From Terriglobia bacterium (GTDB lineage: Bacteria; Acidobacteriota; Terriglobia; JAJPHL01; JAPKYU01): a DNA stretch of 64,000 nucleotides. The stretch covers positions 160,001 to 224,000 of the forward strand of contig CBDBKE010000002.1 in NCBI GenBank assembly GCA_965206645.1, in the 5' to 3' direction. This document shows positions 55,912-64,000 of this stretch, piece by piece. The position numbers and the translations under genes are program-made. A model generated the notes under the pieces. That model was not told the DNA's origin. It worked only from the letters and a program-made list of their open reading frames with translations, and did not search any database. How positions within the stretch are numbered: position 1 is the stretch's first letter; every line of letters starts with the position of its first letter.

Positions 55912-56715
55912 ATGTCGTGCCGTCCTTCAGGAGCGTTGCTCGGGGCCGCGCTGGCCGGCCTGGTCGCCGCCGGCTTCCTGGTTGCTGCGGAAGAGCCGAA
56001 CCTTACCCCAGAGCGAACACGACAGTTCCTGCTGAGGGCCAAAGTGATCCGCAGCCGGCAGCTCAGCCGAGGCATCACCGCTCCATGGCGGCTGACGCTG
56101 ACGGACGGCACGCTGACGCACGACGCCGCCTTCCAGTCCGTTGACGAACGCAAGCTCACCGGCCACACAGAGCCAAACTTCCGCGACTCCTACCACTTCA
56201 ACATTGCCGCCTACGAGCTAGCCAGGCTACTCGCCCTGGGGCACATGATGCCGGTGACAGTGGAGCGCAAATGGGCCGGCAAGACCGGCGCGCTGAGCTG
56301 GTGGGTCACCTTTAAGTGGCACGAGCGGGATCGCTTTCTGAAAAAGCTGCGGCCGCCCGACCCGGAAGCCTGGGACCAACAGATGTACAGGGTGCGGGTG
56401 TTCTCCCAGCTCGTCTATGACACCGACCGCAACCTGGGAAACCTGCTGATCACCGAGGACTGGAAGCTTTGGATGATTGACTTTACGCGCGCCTTCCGCT
56501 GGCATCACGAGCTGCGGAGACCCAAGGACCTAGTTAAGTGCGACCGGCAGTTGCTCGAGAAGCTGCGCCAGTTGAGCGCGGCCGAAGTTCGGGAGAAGAC
56601 GCGGCCCCACCTGAACGCACCGGAAGTCAAAGCCCTGATCAAGCGGCGCGACAAGATCGTGGCGCGCTTCGAGAAGCTCATTGCTCAGAAGGGCGAGGAC
56701 CAGGTCCTGTACTGA
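55912..56715 (+). CDS. Secreted atypical kinase-fold protein (PI3K/PI4K/Fam20-like motifs)
   Basis: Signal peptide, IAAYELARLL...PVTVER, DTDRNLGNLLI, MIDFTRAF. Confidence 0.6.
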   Translation: MSCRPSGALLGAALAGLVAAGFLVAAEEPNLTPERTRQFLLRAKVIRSRQLSRGITAPWRLTLTDGTLTHDAAFQSVDERKLTGHTEPNFRDSYHFNIAAYELARLLALGHMMPVTVERKWAGKTGALSWWVTFKWHERDRFLKKLRPPDPEAWDQQMYRVRVFSQLVYDTDRNLGNLLITEDWKLWMIDFTRAFRWHHELRRPKDLVKCDRQLLEKLRQLSAAEVREKTRPHLNAPEVKALIKRRDKIVARFEKLIAQKGEDQVLY

Positions 56716-56885
56716 TTCCTCCGCAGATTCGGCAAAGACTTCAAGCCACGCAACGCTTGACGGCGCGCGATGTTGCTTGACAGGCAGAAGTCCCCATGAT
56801 AGAAGAACTTATAAGCGTCGTCCTCGGGGACGCACGGGCTGGTTCGTCGGCCTCGCTCGTCAGGACCGAGTTAGCCACTCTCGTC

Positions 56886-57173
56886 ATGAAGACCAACGTA
56901 ACCCGGACCGCTATGCAGGTGGCCGCGCTTATGGCTGGGTTGGCGTTGCTCGTCATCACCACCGCTGCCTCCTCGCCGGGCCTATTTCATGGTGACGATT
57001 TCAACCACTGCTGCGAGTTTTGTCACCTGGGGCATGTACCCATTTTGAAGCCGGTTCCTCGCGTCACCTGCCACGCGCCTCCGCTACAAGTTTCTTCTCT
57101 CGGAATTGAAACTGCCGGAGCACCCGATTCCTTCTCCGCCGTTCCCCGCGCCGCCCGCTCTCCTCCTGCATAG
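56886..57173 (+). CDS. DUF2946-like small membrane protein/uORF
   Basis: N-terminal TM, H..HCCEFCH, Pro-rich linker, C-terminal RSPP. Confidence 0.65.
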   Translation: MKTNVTRTAMQVAALMAGLALLVITTAASSPGLFHGDDFNHCCEFCHLGHVPILKPVPRVTCHAPPLQVSSLGIETAGAPDSFSAVPRAARSPPA

Positions 57174-57307
57174 AACACTCTTCCATAGAACACTCTTCTT
57201 TGGTTTAGCTCTGGGGTTTTAGCTCTGGTTGTGTTTAGGGAATGCCGCCGACCACGGCTCGGTAGCGGGAGCGTTTGCCTCGAATGAAGGCCAAGCAGGA
57301 TGAGTTG

Positions 57308-59587
57308 ATGCTTCTTGCCAAACGCCTATTCTTTGTTTTGACGGTTGGAATCTTCTGTTTCTTCCCTTATGCCAGCCTCAACGGCCAGCCTCACGGCTCC
57401 ATTGAGGGACGAATCATCCTAGCTAACACCGGAGAGGCGCTCGATCGAGCTGCGGTGGTGATTGTCGAGCTGGGACGCACGGCGACCACCGATGAGGAAG
57501 GCCGCTACCGCTTCGACCAAGTTCCTCCAGGCAGCTACCGTTTACTGGTCCACCTTGACAGCACCTTAACGGAAGAGACCCGGAGCGTGGAAGTGAAGGC
57601 CGGTGTGGTAGTCACCGCGAATTTCGCGCTTGAGGTCGCCCCCGAGCGGTATGAACTCACGGTCACTGCCAGCGGACGCAAGGAAACAGCCTTTGAATCC
57701 TTTCAGAGCGTCACCTTGCAGACTTCGTTTGACATGGCGGACTCAATCGCGCCGGGGATCGGCGAGGTCCTGGCTGGCCGGCCCGGCAACGGCATTGCCG
57801 CACGCAGCTTCGGCCCAGGCAACTCGCGGCCCATCGTGCGCGGATTTGACGGGGACCGCGTACTGATTATGCAAGATGGGATTCGTACCGGAACTCTTTC
57901 CTCGCAGTCGGGCGATCACGGAGAGCTGATGAATACGGCGGCTCTGGACCGGGTGGAAATCGTGAAGGGGCCTGCGACTCTGCTTTACGGCAGCAACGCT
58001 CTGGGAGGAGTGGTCAACGCCATCACACGCCATCACGCGGTACACGTACACCCACACGCAGGTCTGCGAGGCCACGTTTCCGCCACTGGGGGCTCAGCCA
58101 ACGCGTTTGGCGGCAGCACGGGTGGTTTCGAGTATGGGATCGGTAAATGGATGATCTGGGGCGGTGGAGGCGGCCAGCGAAGTGGAGACTACAGCACTCC
58201 GGAAGGCAAAGTCTTTAACTCCGGAACCCGCGTGGCCAATGCCTACGGCGGTGTTGGCTGGTATGGAAACAGGAATTTCCTCAGCTTTGGCATCCACGTA
58301 GATGACGGCGTTTACGGTGTGCCGTTTGCTGAACAGTTCGGGGCCCACGAGGAGGAAAGCGAGGACCCCAAAGAAAGAGAAGTTGAGAGAATCGAGCTGG
58401 ACTCGCGGCGCCAGTCCTATCAGTTCAACTGGCGCCTTCGCAAGATGGGTTCGGCAATCGACAACTTTGCCCTGAAGCTGAATTTTACCCAGTGGGAACA
58501 CGACGAGATTGGGATTTTCACCGATGGCGGGCGCGAGGCGGGAACCAACTTCAACCAGGAGCAATTTGTTTACCGGGGTTCTTTTGAGCAATCCAAACTC
58601 GGTCCGCTCACCGGGCGGTTTGGGTTCTGGGGTCTGGCTCGGGATTACGACGTCCGCGGGGAGGAAGCGCTTTCCCCTCCGGTGGACCAGAACGCGTTTG
58701 CTGTGTTCGGGCTCGAGGAACTCAAGTTCGAACGAGTCAAGCTCCAGTTCGGTGGTCGACTGGAGAGGACCAGCTATCAACCAAAGGTGCTGGTGGGCAA
58801 CCAACTTGCACTTGGATTGCCGAAGCGCACGTTCACCGGAGCTTCGGCGGCGGCCGGCGTCCACCTCGGCTTATGGCGGGACGGCGCCCTGGTGGTCAAC
58901 TATGCCCATTCGTCCCGCGCGCCGGCACTGGAAGAGCTCTACAACTTCGGTCCTCACGTTGGCACCCTCTCCTTTGAAATCGGCGATCCAGATCTCTCGA
59001 CCGAGATCGGCAACGGTGTGGAGGTCTCGCTTCGCCAGAGGGGCGGCAGGGCGCGGGGCGAGCTGAACTTTTTCTATTACAACTTCGACAACTTTGTTTT
59101 CCCGTTCGCCACCGGTGAGGTCGCGGAGGGTCTGCGCGTCATCCAGTTCACCCAGCTCGATAGCCGCTTCCTGGGAGCGGAGGTGAACTTGGACTTCGGG
59201 CTTCATAACAACCTATGGCTGAACCTGGGGATGGATCTTGTGGACGCGCAAGAAACAGTCAATAACAACCCCTTGCCACGCATCCCGCCGCTTCGCGGCA
59301 GGGTGGGTTTTGACTTCCGCTATCAGGGCCTGAGTGTAAGGCCGGAAGTAATCCTAGCCAATAGCCAGCACCAAACCTTTGGCGGAGAGTCGCGGACGCC
59401 TGGCTACACCGTGGTCAACCTGAAGGCCTCCTACACGATTGCACGAAGGCGTATTGTGCATCAGTTCGCGGTGAATGTCTTCAACATCGCCGATCGGCTC
59501 TATCGAAATCACACCTCTTTCATCAAGAACTTCGCGCCGGAAATTGGGCGTGGAATTCGCTTTACGTATCGGATTCGATTCTTCTGA
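57308..59587 (+). CDS. TonB-dependent receptor (ZnuD-like metal uptake)
   Basis: Carboxypeptidase-regulatory-like N-terminal domain, SRPIVRG, SGDHG, VEIVKGPATLLYG...GGVVN, GPH, C-terminal Phe; start could be 57284. Confidence 0.9.
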   Translation: MLLAKRLFFVLTVGIFCFFPYASLNGQPHGSIEGRIILANTGEALDRAAVVIVELGRTATTDEEGRYRFDQVPPGSYRLLVHLDSTLTEETRSVEVKAGVVVTANFALEVAPERYELTVTASGRKETAFESFQSVTLQTSFDMADSIAPGIGEVLAGRPGNGIAARSFGPGNSRPIVRGFDGDRVLIMQDGIRTGTLSSQSGDHGELMNTAALDRVEIVKGPATLLYGSNALGGVVNAITRHHAVHVHPHAGLRGHVSATGGSANAFGGSTGGFEYGIGKWMIWGGGGGQRSGDYSTPEGKVFNSGTRVANAYGGVGWYGNRNFLSFGIHVDDGVYGVPFAEQFGAHEEESEDPKEREVERIELDSRRQSYQFNWRLRKMGSAIDNFALKLNFTQWEHDEIGIFTDGGREAGTNFNQEQFVYRGSFEQSKLGPLTGRFGFWGLARDYDVRGEEALSPPVDQNAFAVFGLEELKFERVKLQFGGRLERTSYQPKVLVGNQLALGLPKRTFTGASAAAGVHLGLWRDGALVVNYAHSSRAPALEELYNFGPHVGTLSFEIGDPDLSTEIGNGVEVSLRQRGGRARGELNFFYYNFDNFVFPFATGEVAEGLRVIQFTQLDSRFLGAEVNLDFGLHNNLWLNLGMDLVDAQETVNNNPLPRIPPLRGRVGFDFRYQGLSVRPEVILANSQHQTFGGESRTPGYTVVNLKASYTIARRRIVHQFAVNVFNIADRLYRNHTSFIKNFAPEIGRGIRFTYRIRFF

Positions 59588-59665
59588 CCTTCACCCTTTC
59601 AGCAGCCCCCGTCATTCGCGAAATAGGCTGAGCTCCCAGATCTCTTGCTCCAGACGCGCCGGCGG

Positions 59666-60715
59666 TCAGGAGCGCAGCGCCTGGCAGAGGGCATCGCCCA
59701 CCTGGCGGGTGCCGGCCCGGCCGCCCAAGTCGGGCGTCCGCATTCCGGAAGCCACCACCTGCTCCACGGCCGCTTCAATCGCCGCCGCCTCGCGCTCCAG
59801 CTTGAACGAATGGCGAAGCATCAGGGCAGCCGACCCGATCGCGCCCAGCGGGTTGGCGGCGTCCTGACCGGCGATGTCCGGCGCGCTGCCGTGCACCGGC
59901 TCGTAAAGCCCGGGGCCGCTACCCAGCGAGGCCGAGGCAAGCATGCCGAGGGAGCCGGCCAGTACGGCCGCTTCGTCGCTGAGGATGTCGCCGAACATGT
60001 TCTCGGTCAGCAACACGTCGAAGGCGCGCGGGTCCGTCACCAGCCTCATCGCGCAGCTATCTACCAGGGCATGCTCCAGCTCGACGTCGGGAAATTCGGC
60101 GGCCACTTCGTTGACCACTCCCCGCCAAAACTGCGACGTTTCCAGAACGTTGGCCTTGTCCACCGAGGTCAGCTTCTTGCGGCGCCCGCGGGCCAGTTCA
60201 AAGGCGGTGCGCGCGACTCGATCGACTTCCTGGCGCGTGTAGCGCAGGGTGTTCAGCCCGTAGTCGGCGGCCAGCTCGCGCGGCGTGCCGTAGTAGATAC
60301 CACTGGAGAGCTCGCGGACCATCAACAGGTCGGTGCCTTGCACCACCTCGGCCCGTAGTGGAGAAAATCTCTCCAGCCCTGGGAGGATGCGCGCCGGGCG
60401 CAGGTTGGCGAACAGGTCTAACTCCTTGCGCAGCCGGAGCAGGCCGCGTTCCGGGCGCTTCTCGGCGGGCCAGTTGTCGAATTCCGGCGCGCCAGCCGCG
60501 CCAAACAAGATGGCAGCACAGTCCCGCGCCGCCTCCAACGTTTCCGGGGGCAGCGGGGCGCCTGTGGCGTGAATGGCCGCGCCGCCCACCAATCCTTGAC
60601 AGGTTTCCACGTCATGGCCGAAAAGTTTGGCCACTCGCTCGATGACCTTCATCGCTTCGCAGATTACTTCAACACCGATTCCGTCCCCGGGCAAAACCGC
60701 AATTTTTAAGCGCAT
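59666..60715 (-). CDS. leuB: 3-isopropylmalate dehydrogenase
   Basis: [38 protein letters not shown]. Confidence 0.96.
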   Translation of the reverse strand: MRLKIAVLPGDGIGVEVICEAMKVIERVAKLFGHDVETCQGLVGGAAIHATGAPLPPETLEAARDCAAILFGAAGAPEFDNWPAEKRPERGLLRLRKELDLFANLRPARILPGLERFSPLRAEVVQGTDLLMVRELSSGIYYGTPRELAADYGLNTLRYTRQEVDRVARTAFELARGRRKKLTSVDKANVLETSQFWRGVVNEVAAEFPDVELEHALVDSCAMRLVTDPRAFDVLLTENMFGDILSDEAAVLAGSLGMLASASLGSGPGLYEPVHGSAPDIAGQDAANPLGAIGSAALMLRHSFKLEREAAAIEAAVEQVVASGMRTPDLGGRAGTRQVGDALCQALRS

Positions 60716-60787
60716 GAACTCTTAGTGAACCTCTCTTAGCAGGATGCTCAATTTCACCCCTCACGAAAGTATTCGTATGCGGGAAGA

Positions 60788-60921
60788 AAATGGAAGCTTT
60801 TTTCTATCCGCAGACGTCGCAGAAGATGTCGCAGATTGGCACAGGTGGACACAGGCGGGCGGGCAGCCGGGACTCTTCGGGTCGAGTCTCAGCATCTGCG
60901 AACTCTGCCTAATCTGCGGAT
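60788..60921. repeat. CGCAGA/TCTGCG-type inverted repeat element in the leuA-leuB spacer
   Basis: ATCCGCAGAcgtCGCAGA...CGCAGAT facing ATCTGCG...ATCTGCGGAT. Confidence 0.5.
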
Positions 60922-60924
60922 TAT

Positions 60925-62499
<1,575 letters not shown>

Positions 62500-62557
62500 C
62501 GAAACCTCCCGGGCTGACGCTCAGCGCCGAAAGTCCTAGCATGCCGGAGTTAGCCAG

Positions 62558-62602
62558 ATAACGCAAATTTATAATTCTTTTAGGAAGATAAGCTTCTGTT
62601 AT
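62558..62602. promoter_or_regulatory. Two LysR-type T-N11-A boxes
   Basis: ATAACGCAAATTTAT (62558-62572) and ATAAGCTTCTGTTAT (62588-62602) in the AT-rich divergent spacer. Confidence 0.6.
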
Positions 62603-62612
62603 AATCACCGCC

Positions 62613-63515
62613 ATGGAACTCAGCCAACTGGAAGTCTTCCTGGCCGTGGCCACCGAAAAAAGCTTCTCCCGGGCCGCCCAGCGGCTGCTGCGGACCCAGC
62701 CCGCCGTCAGCCTGGCACTGCAAAAGCTGGAGGCGGAATTAGGCGAGACGCTGGTGGACCGCTCGCTGAAAGACGGCACGCTCACCGACGCCGGACGCAT
62801 CGTGCTGGAGTACGCGCAAAAGTTTGAGAACCTGCGCCGCGACCTGAACAACGCGCTGGTGGAGCTGCGCGACAACAGCACCGGACGGCTCACCATCGGC
62901 GCCAACGAGAGCAGCGTCATCTACCTGCTGCGCCACGTCCACAACTTCCGCGCTCTCTACCCGCGGCTGAAGGTGGAGGTGCGCCGCAGCCTCTCCAGCC
63001 GAATCCCGCAGGACGTGCTGGAGAATTCGGTGGAGCTGGGCGTCATCTCCTACGAGCCTGCGGACCGCAACCTGCGGTCCATGATCATCTACACCGACCA
63101 TCTAGCGTTTGTGGTCTACCCGGGACACCGCCTCGGGAGGAAGCAGCCAGTCAAGATCCGCGATTTGGGGATCGAGACCTTTATCGCCCACAACGTCGTC
63201 TCCCCCTACCGGCAAACCGTGCTGCGCGCCTTCCAGAAGCACAAGGTGCCGCTCAACATGGAAGTGGAAATGCCCACGCTGGAGGCCATTAAGAAGGCGG
63301 TGCAGTCGCGGATGGGGGTGGCCTTTCTACCGCGGATGGTGGTGGAGCAGGAGCTGGAAGCGGGCACGCTGGTCGAGGTGCCGATCAAGGAACTGCGCGT
63401 GGAGCGCAAGATCCGCCTGCTGCACCCCGGGCGCCGCCATCTCTCCCACGCCGCCCGTGCTTTCCTGGACGTGGTGCGCCGCTCCGGCGCCGTCGAGGAA
63501 GCTGCCACCAGCTAG
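62613..63515 (+). CDS. LysR-family transcriptional regulator
   Basis: SFSRAAQRLLRTQPAVS..L.KLE.ELG HTH plus substrate-binding domain. Confidence 0.95.
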   Translation: MELSQLEVFLAVATEKSFSRAAQRLLRTQPAVSLALQKLEAELGETLVDRSLKDGTLTDAGRIVLEYAQKFENLRRDLNNALVELRDNSTGRLTIGANESSVIYLLRHVHNFRALYPRLKVEVRRSLSSRIPQDVLENSVELGVISYEPADRNLRSMIIYTDHLAFVVYPGHRLGRKQPVKIRDLGIETFIAHNVVSPYRQTVLRAFQKHKVPLNMEVEMPTLEAIKKAVQSRMGVAFLPRMVVEQELEAGTLVEVPIKELRVERKIRLLHPGRRHLSHAARAFLDVVRRSGAVEEAATS

Positions 63516-63617
63516 CGCGTAAATGTGAAAGCGTGCTGAACCGCTGGGTGCCGTTTCAGCAGGCAGCTAGACATCGGCGTGCCGCTGAATATCATGCTAG
63601 GTTGTGAGGATAAATAA

Positions 63618-64000
63618 ATGCTGCAAATCTCCACCGACGAATATCGAAGGCGCTTGCAATCACTCCAGGCCAGCGTGGCGGATGCAGGCCTGGATCTGTT
63701 CATCGTTTCGGCGTTCGACAGCATCTACTACCTGACCGGTGCTGGATTCGAGCCGCTGGAGCGCCCGTTCTTTCTCTTGATTCGTCCCCAACACGCTCCA
63801 ATCCTGTTGGTGCCCAAGCTCGACCACGAGCACATGAAGAAGGCCCGCAACATCAAGGATAAGGAGCAAGACATTCAAACCTATTGGGAGTATCCGTCCC
63901 CCCCTGGCCGTGGGTGGCCGGAAAGGCTCCACGAGCTTATCGGTAGTGCCAAGCAGATCGGAGTCGAGCCCACGCTTCTTCAGGAGATTGCAGCAAAGCT
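63618..64000 (+). CDS. Xaa-Pro aminopeptidase (M24) N-terminal part, truncated by the window end
   Basis: GAGGA RBS; MLQISTDEYRRRLQSLQ...GLDLFIVS...SIYYLTG creatinase-N pattern; frame open to the end. Confidence 0.75.
   Translation, partial: MLQISTDEYRRRLQSLQASVADAGLDLFIVSAFDSIYYLTGAGFEPLERPFFLLIRPQHAPILLVPKLDHEHMKKARNIKDKEQDIQTYWEYPSPPGRGWPERLHELIGSAKQIGVEPTLLQEIAAK

Overview
High-GC bacterial chromosome segment. It is most likely Acidobacteriota, inferred from a TIGR03437-like surface protein, an atp operon lacking a/c subunits and an NTT-HEAT gene. The housekeeping backbone is atpF'FHAGDC, a short dcw cluster (mraZ-rsmH-ftsL-ftsI-murE), glyA, a DAHP synthase, tRNA-His, clpP, hpt, deoC, lysA and leuA-leuB with a divergent LysR. 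Accessory loci are a SBP/histidine-kinase/sigma54-regulator cluster, Ku plus a MerR-TPR gene, a two-domain multicopper oxidase with a ZIP transporter, two GT-C-like membrane proteins, an NTT-HEAT/cNMP pair facing a secreted kinase-fold gene, and a DUF2946-like uORF before a TonB receptor. Mobile or recombination traces are an IS3-family element with a 4-bp target duplication, a 4-kb island flanked by a duplicated gene 3' end, a 2.9-kb segment bounded by inverted repeats, several REP/MITE-like palindromes and many short tandem duplications. Regulatory signals seen in the sequence are MraZ boxes, a Phe/Tyr/Trp leader-peptide attenuator before the DAHP synthase, a structured glyA leader, a palindromic operator before the oxidase and LysR boxes. 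Five genes appear frameshifted, some probably from sequencing error. All protein calls come from motif recognition by eye; no database searches were run.
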